Source: Candidatus Multivoradales bacterium (GTDB taxonomy: Bacteria > Acidobacteriota > Thermoanaerobaculia > Multivoradales > J023). Taken from it: a DNA stretch of 64,000 nt. The notes beneath the pieces were generated by a model. The model worked only from the letters and a program-made list of their open reading frames with translations. It did not search any database and was not told the DNA's origin. The position numbers and the translations under genes are program-made. Shown piece after piece: positions 19,515 through 30,937 of this stretch. Positions within the stretch are counted from its first letter, which is position 1. Every line of letters begins with the position of its first letter. The stretch spans positions 1,920,001-1,984,000 of the forward strand of contig CBDFLE010000006.1 in assembly GCA_965248925.1 (NCBI GenBank), in the 5' to 3' direction.

Positions 19515-20705
19515 TCAGGCCGGGTCCTCTTGCGGTGCAACCACTCGGTTCCGGCCCCCGTTCTTGGCCTGATAGAGGCGCAGGTCGGCAACCGCCAGAG
19601 TCTCTTCCAAACTCGAACCATCTTGGGGAAAGACCGCCACCCCGATGCTCACCGTGAGATGGGTGCTCCCCCCCTTGGCATCTACTTGCATCGGGCATTC
19701 AGCGATCGCCAGCCGCAGATCGTCGAGGCGGCGTTGGGCATCGAGCGGCTGCATGCCGGGAAACAGGCAAGCAAACTCCTCACCACCATAGCGCGCTACC
19801 AAGTCAGTGGTTCGCACTGATTTCGACAGCAGATCGGACACCTTGCGCAGAGCCTCGTCGCCGGCCAAGTGACCGTAGGTGTCATTGAGCTTCTTGAAGT
19901 GATCGATATCGATCATCGCTACCGCCACCGGCTGGCCGGAACGTGCTGCCAGCGCGCCAATCCGCTGCAGACTCTCATCGAAGAATCCGCGGTTGGAAAG
20001 ATTGGTCAGGCGATCACGGATCGATAACTTGCGCTGCTCGTTGGCACGAATCACCAACGTGGTGCTCAGCAGCGTGGCCATCGCCAAGAGCACTAATCGC
20101 CAACATTGGGTCTGCCAATTGAAATCGCTATCCAGCAGTAGATCCCACTGCCAAACCGCGTAGCTCACCACGATCGAGTACTGGCCGATCGCCGTCAGAC
20201 CGGTGATCACGCATATCCGCCAGTCGTAGCGCAAGCTGGTGGAAGCAATGGCCAACAGGTAGACCGGGAAGATCACCAGGTCGCCGGTAGCTTCGATAGG
20301 ACGGTCGAGTCGCAGGTAAATCCACAAACTTAGGGTGACCAGGGAAATGTCGAGGACGCCACTAAAAAAACCGATCCAGCGACGACCCCAACTGCGCCGA
20401 ACCGCGGTGTAGACCACCAAGGCTTCGGCCAGGGCCGCCAGCGCCACCCACAGCACGATCTGCCGTGATCCTTCGCCCGGCGCGTCGACGAATCGGCTGA
20501 GCGGAAAGTAGAGCACCAACACCAACAGCAAGAGGCGGATACCAGCGAGTAGCCACTCGCCCTGGCGACCGGCATCTACCAGCTCCGGATCGGGAGGCGA
20601 CCATAGCCGCCGCAAAGCATGCCTCCAGCGCAGCATCCGCGTCGGCCGCAGTACTATTCCGCTGCTCGGCTGCGGCACCGCCGGACTCCCAGAATTTGCT
20701 CTCAT
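19515..20705 (-). CDS. Membrane-bound diguanylate cyclase (GGDEF)
   Basis: Several TM helices; DIDHFKKLNDTYGHLAGD; RxxD I-site (RTTD) before RYGGEEF. Confidence 0.92.
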   Translation of the reverse strand: MRANSGSPAVPQPSSGIVLRPTRMLRWRHALRRLWSPPDPELVDAGRQGEWLLAGIRLLLLVLVLYFPLSRFVDAPGEGSRQIVLWVALAALAEALVVYTAVRRSWGRRWIGFFSGVLDISLVTLSLWIYLRLDRPIEATGDLVIFPVYLLAIASTSLRYDWRICVITGLTAIGQYSIVVSYAVWQWDLLLDSDFNWQTQCWRLVLLAMATLLSTTLVIRANEQRKLSIRDRLTNLSNRGFFDESLQRIGALAARSGQPVAVAMIDIDHFKKLNDTYGHLAGDEALRKVSDLLSKSVRTTDLVARYGGEEFACLFPGMQPLDAQRRLDDLRLAIAECPMQVDAKGGSTHLTVSIGVAVFPQDGSSLEETLAVADLRLYQAKNGGRNRVVAPQEDPA

Positions 20706-21203
20706 TGTCTCTTCGACACCCCAGTCAGCGCCGTCTCAGCCTCCGTCCCTTAGGACGGAATCACTCAGCTGGCAACGCCGCGCCCGGTTGGGCCCAGTGC
20801 TCGGATCCCTTGTGCTTGCGATTTTAGCATCGTCGCCGTTGGGCCATCAGCGGGCAGAGAGATTCTTGCAGTTGAGGATCAACGGTAGTTCTGCCGACCG
20901 ACTGTCAGACGACTCGTTCGGCCCACGATGTCGTGTGACCCCCGCAGGAGACCGCGGCGATTTTCTGCGTCAGACCGGGCGGGTGCCAGCGGCAGACGTC
21001 CTCTGAGCCTGCGAGCCAACTCGAACGGCCCCGCCAGGCGGCCTTTCCGGCCGTGATCCCGAGACATAGATGAAGTAACATAGAAACTGGTCGAGAGCAC
21101 ATTGAGAGTACATTGCGAAAACCGTACACCGTGAAGACAGTCCACGGTGGAGATCGCGCCGCGCTGAAGTTGAGTCATCGCGGACAACTCGGGGGACGAA
21201 CTT

Positions 21204-21638
21204 TTGAGCACTGCTCGAGCCTTCGAATACCGCCATGTGGTGGGTTTCGAAGAAACTAATTTGGTCGGCAATGTCTACTACGCCAACCACATTCGCTGGC
21301 AAGGCAGGTGCCGCGAGATGTTCCTGCGCGCTCACTGCCCGGAGATCCTCGAACAAATGAACCAGGGACTCGCCCTGGTGACCGTGCGCTGCGGCTGCGA
21401 ATATTTCGCCGAGCTGCTGCCCTTCGATGAGGTCTTGATCCGCATGCGCCTGGGTGAGGTGGTACAAAACCGCGTCACCATGCTCTACGAATACCTCCGC
21501 GTGGGACCTCTCGGCGAAGAACTGGTAGCCCGCGGCGAGCAGCAGATCGCCTGCATGCAGCGCGCCGAGGAGCGCGCCGTTCCCACCCCAGTGCCCCACG
21601 CGCTGCGTGCGGCGCTCGAACCCTTCAGAGCATCGTGA
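21204..21638 (+). CDS. Enediyne-type hotdog thioesterase (SgcE10/CalE7-like)
   Basis: FEYRHVVGFEETNLVGNVYYANHIRWQGRCREMFL and ARGEQQIACM match the PksE-associated TE signature. Confidence 0.9.
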   Translation: MSTARAFEYRHVVGFEETNLVGNVYYANHIRWQGRCREMFLRAHCPEILEQMNQGLALVTVRCGCEYFAELLPFDEVLIRMRLGEVVQNRVTMLYEYLRVGPLGEELVARGEQQIACMQRAEERAVPTPVPHALRAALEPFRAS

Positions 21639-24600
21639 GCTACCGCCAGACAGTCCGCCGCCAACGGCTGCCGCCAGCCCTCATGCTGCTGAGCTTGCTA
21701 CTGGGCCTGTTACTGAGCACTGATTGTGGCACTCCGGCCGCCGACCCCCCTGGCAACGACTTCGTGCGAGCGATGAACCTGGGCAAGGCCCTGCTGGAGA
21801 ACAAAGACTCCAAGGGCGCCATCGACCAGCTCACCCAGGCCGTCAGTCTCGACCCTGATTCGACCGCGGCGCGGCGCAACCTGGCCCGCGCCCTGCTACT
21901 GGCGCGCGACTCCGAAGGGGCATTGGCAAGTCTCGGCAGGGCCGCCGAGTTGGACGACGAAAATGCCTCGACCAGCTACTTGAAAGGCATCAGCCTGGCG
22001 CGGCTGGGACGTTTCGAGGAAGCTCTGCCACATTTCGAACGGGCAGTCCAGCTAGACCCCAAGACCGCAGCCCTACGCTACCAACTGGCCAGCGCCTACC
22101 AATCGACCGCGCGCCATCAGCAGGCGGGCGAGCAGCTGGTAGCCACCCTAGAACTCGATCCCCTGCACGGCAGCGCCCATTTCCTGTTGGCCAGCTATGC
22201 CCGCGGCAACGGCGACCGCCAAGCGCAAGCTCTACATCAAGGGGAAGTGCGACGACTGCGGCAGCTCTTGGGCGAGCAAAACCGCTCGGCCGAGGCGCTC
22301 GAGTCTTGCTTCCACACTTTGCCGGAAGGGGTGGCCGAGCACAGCGATGAAGCCGGCGAATGGCGGCCACGGCTGATCCCGGCTAGCGATATCTGGCTGA
22401 CCGACGACAGCGCCTCGGAACTCGCCACACGGGCTCGGGCCGCCACCGTCTTCGAAGTCGACAAGGACGGCCGGGCGATCGTCTTCGTCGCCACTGATGA
22501 CGGCCGCGCCTTCCTGCTCACCGCCGCCTCGTCCGGCCCGGTGGTGCATGCGCTGGCGCTGCCGCTGCCAGATCTTGGGAATCAAGTGCAGGCGCTCGGC
22601 GGCAATTTTCACGACGTAGTCACCGCGGGCAAACCCTACGATCCGCGACTCCACGCCCACGGCGACCTGCTGCTACTCGGCGCCGAGCGCTCGGTGCTCT
22701 TGGCCGGCGGTGGCGACGGCGAATTCGAAGATCTCACCCAGAGCGCCGGACTAGTGGGGGTCGGCGGCCGGCGTGCCCGCTGGCTGGACATCGAGCACGA
22801 CGGCGACATCGACCTGGCCATCGCCGGCCCCGCCGGGCTGGCAATCTGGCAGAACAACGGCGATCGCACCTTTCGCCAGGTCAGCGCGGAAATCGGCCTC
22901 GAAGACCCCAACCCGGCCAGCGATCTGGCAGCGGTGGACTTCGACGACGATGTGGCCATCGACCTGGTGGTGGCCCACGCCACCACCCCGAGCCAAGTAT
23001 TCGACAACCAGCGCACCGGCTCCTACGCTCGCCGCAGTGCCCCCGCCGGCCCCTGGCCCAGCGCCCGGCTGGTAGCTCTGGACGATGTCGACGGCGACTC
23101 CCACGCCGACGCCGTGTTAGTGAGTGAGCAACACCTGGTGATCGTGCCCGGACGCGGGGGCGACCGTCAGCAGCTCGACTTCACCGACTTCGCAGCGACC
23201 GCGCTACGGCTGACCGACCTCGACAACGACGGCACTCTGGAGATTCTCCTCGCCGGTCACACCGGCAGCGGCCATGAATCTGCAACCACAGGACGCCTGA
23301 AGCTGTGGCGCCGCGTCCACGGCAGCTGGCAGTCCCTCGGCCCGGTCGCTGGCCTCGACACCCTGGAGCTACCACCGATCCAGCACCTGCTGAGCGCCGA
23401 CCTGGATCTCGATGGCGACAGCGATCTACTGCTGGTCACCGACGATGGCTTGCGCTTGCTGCGCAACGAAGGCGGCAATGCCGCGGCCCAACTCAAGCTG
23501 CGCCTGGTGGGCGGCAAGTCAAATCCCGATGGCCTTGGAGTCGGCCTCGAACTACGCCGCGGGAGGCAGCGGATCAACCGCACGGTCGCTGAGCTGCCGA
23601 TCGTGATCGGTCTCGGCACCACCACCGATGGCGCCACCCCGACCCTCGACTCCTTGCAGGTGACCTGGTCCAACGGCGTGGTCGACAATCAACTCGACAT
23701 TGCCGCCGGCGCGGTCACCGTGGTGGAGAAAAATGTCGCCACCGGCTCCTGTCCGTTCCTCTATGCCTGGGATGGCGAGGGTTACCGCTTCGTCACCGAC
23801 CTGCTGGGCAACTCGCCGGTGGGTCTGCAGATCCGCCGCGGCGTCCCCCTCGACGCCGACCGTGACGAGTACGTCGAGATCGGGCCGGCGAGCAACTGGC
23901 CCGCCCGCGACGGCGAATTGCTGCTCATGGTGACTGAGGAAATGCGCGAGGTTCTTTACCTTGATCAGGTGCGAGTGGTGGCGGTGGATCATCCACCGGG
24001 GGTCGAAGTCCACCCCAACGACAAGCTGCGTCCAGCCCCCTTTCCCCCTTCCGAACTCGTGCCGCTAGGCGACCTGCGAACCGCCCGCCGGGTCGACAGC
24101 AGCGACGGCCTCGACCGCCGTGCCGCCTTGAGCGCCATCGACGGCACGTTTGCCCCCCCGGGCATAGCGTTGCCACCGCCCTTGCGCGGCGTCACCCAGC
24201 CCCTCTCACTAACCCTCGCTTTTGGCCCCCTCGAAACGTCGAAGCCGCTGATCCTGGCCCTGACCGGCTGGCTACAATACGGCGACGCCAGCACCAACAT
24301 CGCTCTCTCCCAAGCCGCCAGTTCCGCCGCCCTGCCGCCGCGGCTCGAAGTCGAGACCGCCGCTGGCGACTGGCAACAAGTTGCCGTCGTGGTCGGCGTA
24401 CCGGCCGGCAAGACCAAGACCATCCTGGTCGATCTCAGCGGCCAGCTGCCGCGCGGCGCCAGGCGGCTGCGGCTTAGCAGCAGCTTGGAAATTCGTTGGG
24501 ATCGCATCGCTCTTGGTCAACGCCTGCCGCTGAGCATCCTCACGCGGACAGTGATCGATCCGGTTCGCGCCGACTTCGCCTGGCGTGGTTTCTCCGCGAT

Positions 24601-24997
24601 GGCCAGCCGGGCTCCCGAACATCCCTCCACCCCGGCCTTCGCCGAACTGCTCAACCAGCCACCCTGGCGCCACTCCCCGAGCGGCTGGGCCACCGCCTAC
24701 GGCGATGTGCTCGACCTGCTGACCCGTGCTGAACATGGCCTGGTGATCGTCGCCGGTGGCGACGCCATCGAACTCGCCTTCCCCACCTCAACCCTACCGC
24801 CCCGGTTCCAAGGCGGCCAACGAACGTATTTCTTCTACTCGATAGGTTGGGACAAAGACGGCGACCACAACGTCATCGACGGCGACCGCGTCGGCCCACT
24901 GCCGATCGAGCTGGCCGCTAGCGACCCCACCTGGCAGCGAGCCACCCGGCGCACCGGTGGAGTGGCCGAACCAGAGGCTTCTAGGGGCGGCAGATGA
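21635..24997 (+). CDS. Exported TPR + FG-GAP/VCBS + ASPIC/UnbV-like protein with a large C-terminal domain
   Basis: Signal or lipoprotein-like N-terminus, TPRs, DxDxDGDxD repeats, SNPDGLG..., SCPFLYAWDG domain; GTGA overlap with the TE gene. Confidence 0.85.
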   Translation: MSYRQTVRRQRLPPALMLLSLLLGLLLSTDCGTPAADPPGNDFVRAMNLGKALLENKDSKGAIDQLTQAVSLDPDSTAARRNLARALLLARDSEGALASLGRAAELDDENASTSYLKGISLARLGRFEEALPHFERAVQLDPKTAALRYQLASAYQSTARHQQAGEQLVATLELDPLHGSAHFLLASYARGNGDRQAQALHQGEVRRLRQLLGEQNRSAEALESCFHTLPEGVAEHSDEAGEWRPRLIPASDIWLTDDSASELATRARAATVFEVDKDGRAIVFVATDDGRAFLLTAASSGPVVHALALPLPDLGNQVQALGGNFHDVVTAGKPYDPRLHAHGDLLLLGAERSVLLAGGGDGEFEDLTQSAGLVGVGGRRARWLDIEHDGDIDLAIAGPAGLAIWQNNGDRTFRQVSAEIGLEDPNPASDLAAVDFDDDVAIDLVVAHATTPSQVFDNQRTGSYARRSAPAGPWPSARLVALDDVDGDSHADAVLVSEQHLVIVPGRGGDRQQLDFTDFAATALRLTDLDNDGTLEILLAGHTGSGHESATTGRLKLWRRVHGSWQSLGPVAGLDTLELPPIQHLLSADLDLDGDSDLLLVTDDGLRLLRNEGGNAAAQLKLRLVGGKSNPDGLGVGLELRRGRQRINRTVAELPIVIGLGTTTDGATPTLDSLQVTWSNGVVDNQLDIAAGAVTVVEKNVATGSCPFLYAWDGEGYRFVTDLLGNSPVGLQIRRGVPLDADRDEYVEIGPASNWPARDGELLLMVTEEMREVLYLDQVRVVAVDHPPGVEVHPNDKLRPAPFPPSELVPLGDLRTARRVDSSDGLDRRAALSAIDGTFAPPGIALPPPLRGVTQPLSLTLAFGPLETSKPLILALTGWLQYGDASTNIALSQAASSAALPPRLEVETAAGDWQQVAVVVGVPAGKTKTILVDLSGQLPRGARRLRLSSSLEIRWDRIALGQRLPLSILTRTVIDPVRADFAWRGFSAMASRAPEHPSTPAFAELLNQPPWRHSPSGWATAYGDVLDLLTRAEHGLVIVAGGDAIELAFPTSTLPPRFQGGQRTYFFYSIGWDKDGDHNVIDGDRVGPLPIELAASDPTWQRATRRTGGVAEPEASRGGR

Positions 24998-25381
24998 TCA
25001 GAGGGAAGGATTCAGACCCGCCAACGAATCGAACCGTTGCCAGAAGAATCTGACAGGTTCTTCCTCGACCTCGAACACCGCAGATTGGCGCCACTTTTCG
25101 CAAGCTGGAAGAAGCGGCAACGACCACCCACATCCTAGACTACTCACCGAGCTAGTTTTCCAGCGCCCGTAGTGCCGCAGCAGAGTACTCCAAAAAGTAA
25201 TACATCAAAGGTTTCAAAAGGCATCCGGGCCACACTCTGGACGGAGCCATGACCGACCTATTCCCACAGCGAAACAAGGAAGCCCGCGCTCGCGGCCCGC
25301 TTCGTCCCGCGCTACGATCGCCTTTCGACCTCGGCCTATTCAAGGCCACTCTTATGACAACCTAAAAAAAAGGAATTGAAG

Positions 25382-26277
25382 ATGTCTTTCAAATCAACTG
25401 TTAAGGTATGGATTACCCTCACTCTTCTGGTCTTGCTGGCTCTGCCAGCCATCGCCAGTGACTCAGTGATCTTCAGCGGTGTCGACCTGTGGAAAACACC
25501 GGGTGACGGCTCCACCTACTCCGACTTCAGCAAAGAGCCCATTCCCCCGGTTTCTTCTGCCCCGGCTCCAAGGCCTTCACCGGCCGCATCGTCTTCGAAG
25601 GGGCAGAACTCGCCACCAGCCCGGCGAAGGCACTCGGCAATACCGACACCATCGTCCAGCGGCTCGCCGATGCGACTTTCGACGGCTTTGGCGTCGCCCG
25701 CACGCCGATCCAGCTCAAGGCATTGGCGTTCAACAGCTTGGCGCCGGTGAAAACCAGCTGCGGCAGCTACAACGTCAAGGTCAGCTTGGCGGGCGAGCAG
25801 CCGATCACCGAGATGCTGATCATCCGCACCCGCGACGAGGGCGGCTTCTTCCTGTCGCCGATCCATGTCGTGGTGAAGATGAGTTTCTTGCCTGAGAACG
25901 CTGCCGGTGAGGTCGTCGAGATCGAGCGTGAACTCAAGTTCGCACCCAGCGGCAAAGCGCTGTGGAACAACCAGCCAGGGAGTGGCGGCATCCAGCAGAA
26001 AAGCACCGTCTACGTCGATTCCAACGGCGACGGCGAGACTGACCTTTGGGTTCCCGGAACCTCCAACTTCGCCGCCGGTTGGGGCGTAGCGGCCGGCAAA
26101 GGAACCGCTAACAACAAACAGCTCGCCGATGATGTGGTCATTGACGAAGGCGACAACGAAGGTTACGTGAACATCGGCGGTATCATCTACCACTGCGACG
26201 ACCCACCCGACTGCCATCACAGGCACGGCACCGTACCCGCAGATGACACCACCATCGGCAACGAGTTGCCTCAATAA
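25382..26277 (+). pseudogene. Secreted protein, paralog 1 of the 54006/55267 family; single -1 frameshift in the C5 tract at 25544-25548
   Basis: Signal peptide, GVDLWKT..DFS..IP; adding one base restores GFFCPG and continues into ORF 25723..26277 (PGTSNFAAGW). Confidence 0.8.
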
Positions 26278-26423
26278 AGACCCGAGCGACCACCGTCTCG
26301 AGAGTGACTTAGAGGATCCAAGCTACTAGTGGGTTCGACGAGTCATGGACTCTCGGGACCACCGGGGCGGAATTCGAGCAAGTTCGACTCCGCCCCACTT
26401 TCATGCCAATTTTTTCATCTTCG

Positions 26424-26540
26424 TCAACCGGCGTCGTGGATCGGCAGCTCAGTATCGACCGGCGCTCGCAAGCCGCGCATCTTCTTGACCAAGGAGAGCG
26501 CCTCGGCATCGCTATTGATCTCTAGGCGGAGTTCGATGTT
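26424..26540 (-). repeat. Degenerate remnant of the UnbV/E4-TPR gene 3' end
   Basis: Translates NIELRLEINSDAEALSLVKKMRGLRAPVDTELPIHDAG*, versus ELERHLEIDSDDELLSFVKEKRSLQAPVDTDLSFYDSEGS* in 48561.. Confidence 0.8.
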
Positions 26541-26609
26541 GAGCCACCAGCCGCTCGGTTTTTCGCTGAGAGGCGCTCTTCAGAAAAATATGATGTCCGG
26601 AATCCGTGA

Positions 26610-27571
26610 CTATTGCCAGGCAGCTGTGTCCCCGCTTTCAAAGCCATCCAGAAAAATTGGCGTAGCGATCTCGACCACCCCACTAACAAAAGTCAAGTCA
26701 AGCTCATCGATGACCAGCAAACCGCCTTGCTGCGAGGTAAACTCGTTGGCGCCCACTAGAACGGTGTTCGGGGTTGCCGTCAACAGCAAGCGTGAGATTC
26801 CTGGATTGGCAACGACCGGCAGTACCACAACCCCCCAGAAGTAACTCTTCCCCCTGCACTGTGGAGCCAATCGGCAGCGCCGACAGATTGACCACGACAC
26901 CCTGTTTGCGGCCGATACCTCCTTGGTTGTTGTTCACGAACCAATTGCCGTTCTGCGCCCCAGCCGTGAAGTCCACCGTTGGACCAAGATCCGCCGTCGC
27001 CTGATTGAACACCAATGGACATGAAGGTGTTCCGGTCCCATTGTTGTTGTTGGTCAAGTTGACACCGGGATCGGCTAGCCCGGTCAGATCGCCGATGGTG
27101 AATCCTCTGACCGCCAACATATCAGTGGTGATTCCGCCATCGAGAATACCGGTGTCTCCGCTGAGCTCGAGAGTGAAAGTGAGGCTTCGCAAAATGTACG
27201 GAGCGTCTGGGTCCCGTAAGAAGATTGGGACCTGCAACCAAGATCTCGACATGATGGCTTGGGAAACGACCGTTAGATCACCAATTCTGAGCTGGAAATT
27301 AGCTGTGCATCCTGCAAATGCGGTCCGCCCATGAAATCGGCGACTTAGAGCGGCCAACTGACGTGCCCCACTGCGCCTCGATAGCCTGGCCATCGTTGAA
27401 CTCGAAGGTGTGAGCACGGAAGCTCAGGGGCTCGCTCGCCACAGACTGCGCAACCAGCGTGGAGGCGAACACGGTGGCGAACGCGGTGGCGAGCAATGCA
27501 CCGAGAACCAGGGTGGGGACAAGGCTTCTTCTACTGGGAATCGTGCTAGCGAAAGCGTTCGATACTCGCAT
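26610..27571 (-). pseudogene. Secreted protein with C-terminal IFxDGFESGD motif, frameshifted
   Basis: Signal peptide in frame 27299..27571, middle in 26704..27417, end PIFLDGFESGDTAAWQ* in 26610..26900. Confidence 0.65.
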
Positions 27572-27634
27572 CGGCTTGCCTCGAGGGTTAGTGCGCGGCG
27601 CAGCCCAACCCGAGGCACAGCCAGGGAGGGGATG

Positions 27635-30019
27635 CTATTCGTAGCGCAGGGTGGTCATCGGATCCAGGCCGGCGGCGAGGCGAGCCGGCAGGTAGCTCGC
27701 CACCAAGGCCACCAGCAGCAGTAAGACACTGACTGCGGCGGAGGTGAGTGGATCGGTCGAAGCAACGCCAAAGAGCAGGCCGACCAACAGGCGAGCCATG
27801 AAGAACGCGCCGACAAACCCAGCGGCCAAACCCGCCAGAGTCACCAGCAGACCGCGGCTGACCACCAGCCAGAGAACGTCCTGCCGAGCGGCTCCCAAGG
27901 CCATTCGCAAGCCGATCTCGCGGCGGCGTTGATGCACCGGGTAGGACAGCACGCCGTACAGCCCAAGCACCGTCAGACCGAGAGCGAAGGTGGCGAAAGC
28001 TGCCAGCAGCCAGGTACTGAAGCGGGGCTGGCCAAGAGCCTCGGCGACGGTCTGCTCCATGCTCTTGACATCGACCACCGGCAGGCTCGGATCGATCGCC
28101 TGGATGGCATCGGCCACCGGCTTGGCCAGGGCCAGCGGCTCGCTGGCCGTGCGCACCAACAGCTGGTGGCGAATCCATGGTCCTTGCAGGGTGGAGAAGT
28201 AGATCTCGGGTTGAACATCGCTTTCCAGGCCGCGAGTCTTGATGTCGCCGACCACGCCGATAACCCGCCACTTCTCCTGGGAGAAACGGCCGAAAGTGCC
28301 GAGCTCGATCTGGGCTAGCAAGTGCTCGCCGATCGGATCGGCACCGTTGAAGAACAGCCGTGCCCACTCCTGATTGACCAACACCACACCAGGTCGCTGG
28401 CTGTCGTCCTGCTCGGTGAAATCGCGACCGGTGATCAACGGCATGCCGAGGGTGGCGAAGAAACCTGGGCTGACCGGCCGTACCTGGGCGTAGCGTTTGA
28501 AGTCGCCCTCGACCGCCGCATGGCCTTCGATGTCGAATTCGCTGCCGACGCTCATCCCTCTGGCCAGCGGCAACGACACGCTGGTAGCAAACGAAATCAC
28601 TCCTGGGAGATTGCTGATGCGCTCCTCGAGCTGGCGATAAAAGCCAGTTGTGGACTCGATATTGGCCTGCCCCTCGGGCAGGGTCACCAGCAGGGTCAGC
28701 AAATTGGTGGTGCTGAATCCCGCCGGTTCGTTGCTCAGCTTGACCAAGCTGCGCATCAGTAGACCGGCACCGACTAGCAGCACCAAGGTGATCGCCACCT
28801 GCAAGAAAACGAACAGCCGCCGCAGCCACAGGCTACCGCTGGTGCCACGGCCCGCGGCTCGTAGCGCCAAGCCCGGGCTCAGCCGACGCCAACGCAACGC
28901 TGGCGCCAAGCCAAAGATCAGGCCAGACAGCAAAGTCAGACCACAAGCAAAGACTAGAGCCCGCGGATCGAGTCGTGTCTGTTCCAGACTATAAAGCTCG
29001 CTCGGTCCGAAGCGCATCAGCAAGCGCATCGCCACGGCGGCCAACGGCAAGCCGATAGCGCCACCGCAGACACTCAGGATCAGACTGTCGAGAAAAAAGA
29101 AGCGCGTCACCTGCGCGCGGTTGGCGCCCAAAGCTAGCCGCACCGCGACCTCGCCACGACGAGCCGTGGCCCGGGCCAACTGCAACACCGCCACGTTCAG
29201 GCAGGCGATGGCCAGCGCCAGCAGCAACAACACCTGGCGAAAGTCTTTCACCACGCTTTCGCGCAGTGGCACTACCCTGCTCAACAAATCGGTGTTGGTC
29301 TCCGGGTACTGCTCTGCCATGCGCTCCGCGATGACCGTCATTTCCGCCTGAGCTGCGGCTAGCGAGACGCCGTGCCCCAGCCGTCCGATCACTCGCAAAT
29401 ACCGGGTGGCGCGAGGGTAGGACTCCGGGCCGTCGAGGATCGGTCGCCAAGAGTCGGCCGGGTTGGCCAGCGGAAAGCTGAATTCGGCCGGCATCACACC
29501 GAGAACTTCGATCGGCAGACCGTCGATCAGTAGCTTGCGACCGATGATCTCCGGATCGGTGCCATAGCGCCGTTTCCACAACCCAGCGCTGAGGATCACG
29601 GTATCGAGGGTGCCGGAGCCATCGGAGTCGAATCCCCGGCCTAGCTGAGGCTCGGCACCGAGCAAATCGAACATCCCAGCGGTGACCACGGCAGACAGCA
29701 TGCGTTGTGCCTGATCGTTGCCGGTCAGGGTGTATTCCCAGGGATGATAGCCCTCGATAGCTGCGAACGAGGAACTCTGCTCGCGCCAGTCGCGCAGGTC
29801 GGCAAGGGATAGGGGAATGGTGCGCTTCGCCGGACTCGCCCACCACAACACCGACAGGCTGATGGAATCGCTGTAAGGCAGCGACCGCAGCAATGCACTG
29901 TTGACCACCGAGTAGATCGCCGTCGAGGCGCCGATACCCAGCGCCAGGGTGGACACCGTGATCAGCGTGAACGAGGGGTTGCGCAGCAGCCCTCGGCCAG
30001 CGAAACGGAGATCTTGCAA
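27635..30019 (-). CDS. ADOP-type duplicated MacB/FtsX ABC permease (orphan; 5' end possibly frameshifted)
   Basis: [30 protein letters not shown], two 'E(V/I)xxRxALGA' repeats, [10 protein letters not shown] end; no ATPase nearby. Confidence 0.9.
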   Translation of the reverse strand: MQDLRFAGRGLLRNPSFTLITVSTLALGIGASTAIYSVVNSALLRSLPYSDSISLSVLWWASPAKRTIPLSLADLRDWREQSSSFAAIEGYHPWEYTLTGNDQAQRMLSAVVTAGMFDLLGAEPQLGRGFDSDGSGTLDTVILSAGLWKRRYGTDPEIIGRKLLIDGLPIEVLGVMPAEFSFPLANPADSWRPILDGPESYPRATRYLRVIGRLGHGVSLAAAQAEMTVIAERMAEQYPETNTDLLSRVVPLRESVVKDFRQVLLLLALAIACLNVAVLQLARATARRGEVAVRLALGANRAQVTRFFFLDSLILSVCGGAIGLPLAAVAMRLLMRFGPSELYSLEQTRLDPRALVFACGLTLLSGLIFGLAPALRWRRLSPGLALRAAGRGTSGSLWLRRLFVFLQVAITLVLLVGAGLLMRSLVKLSNEPAGFSTTNLLTLLVTLPEGQANIESTTGFYRQLEERISNLPGVISFATSVSLPLARGMSVGSEFDIEGHAAVEGDFKRYAQVRPVSPGFFATLGMPLITGRDFTEQDDSQRPGVVLVNQEWARLFFNGADPIGEHLLAQIELGTFGRFSQEKWRVIGVVGDIKTRGLESDVQPEIYFSTLQGPWIRHQLLVRTASEPLALAKPVADAIQAIDPSLPVVDVKSMEQTVAEALGQPRFSTWLLAAFATFALGLTVLGLYGVLSYPVHQRRREIGLRMALGAARQDVLWLVVSRGLLVTLAGLAAGFVGAFFMARLLVGLLFGVASTDPLTSAAVSVLLLLVALVASYLPARLAAGLDPMTTLRYE

Positions 30020-30753
30020 GAAGCTCGTCGAGTTTCTCCCGCCAACATCGGATCAACAATGTTCTGACACGAGATCTCGGCGTAGCTCATGGCACCCCCG
30101 TTGAGAAAACTCCCAGGCAGACGGTCGCAGCTTCCAATAGCCAACTCGACAGTCGTTGTAGAGGAAAGCCTCCGAGACCGCCAAGTTTGCCGCCAGCCGC
30201 ATGACCCTGCCGGTCCACTTTCCGAAAGATGCGGTGCTCTACCTCCTATCCGACGCTATCGATCTCGGCTCCAATCTAGAAGGGGCCAGGCGATTATCAT
30301 CGCACCGGCCCCTGTGGTTGCGGTTGTTGTAGCGGTCACTGGCCGAGCGCGATAAACTTATCGATCACTGCGGCTGACAGTCCGCCGGCCGCACCGAGAC
30401 GTTCACAGGAATCACTTCACCAGCTGCCGACAGAGCAGACACCGGCTCTGGCATCAGAGCGGCCATCAGCTGCGCGGTATCACCCTTCTCCATGGTGAAG
30501 ATGTCGCCCTTGGAAGGTGTGAATGTGACCACGGGTCACGCCATCGAGACCAGTCACCCTACCGAACTGGGTCTCGAGCTGATACGGCACCGCGAACTGA
30601 GCCAGCGCCGGGAAGTCCTGCGGTTGCTCGACATTTCAGCTGCGGAAGCTCTCGATCCAACTCTCTGCGCTGGCCGGGCCTTCACGCATGCTGAACTTGA
30701 GCTCACCGAGTAGCTCGGACTGACCAACGGCCTGCCAGTTGACCACTTCCAAG

Positions 30754-30892
30754 TCGACCCGACGCTTGCAGGCTGCGCTTCTCTTTGACGAAGGAGAGCA
30801 GCTCGTCGTCGCCCTCGATTTGCAAGTGACGCTGGAGCTCCGGGGCGCCGGGGAAGCGTTCCAGGCCGCGGCGCCAGGCGCGGCGCACCTCT
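30754..30892 (-). repeat. Remnant of the UnbV/E4-TPR gene 3' end
   Basis: EVRRAWRRGLERFPGAPELQRHLQIEGDDELLSFVKEKRSLQA aligns with 37448-37585 and 48598-48735. Confidence 0.9.
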
Positions 30893-30937
30893 GGCAAGCT
30901 GCTCGATCCGCTGTTCTGCCGGGAGGGCTTGGAGACC

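Noticed and set aside
27588-28829. Long alternative-frame and antisense ORFs (also 52332..53216 and 54057..54947)
   Set aside because: Shadow ORFs of high-GC genes with Arg/Pro-rich composition and no motifs
30100-30720. Possible small genes between the permease and the E4 remnant
   Set aside because: Only short fragments without recognisable motifs; probably decayed sequence
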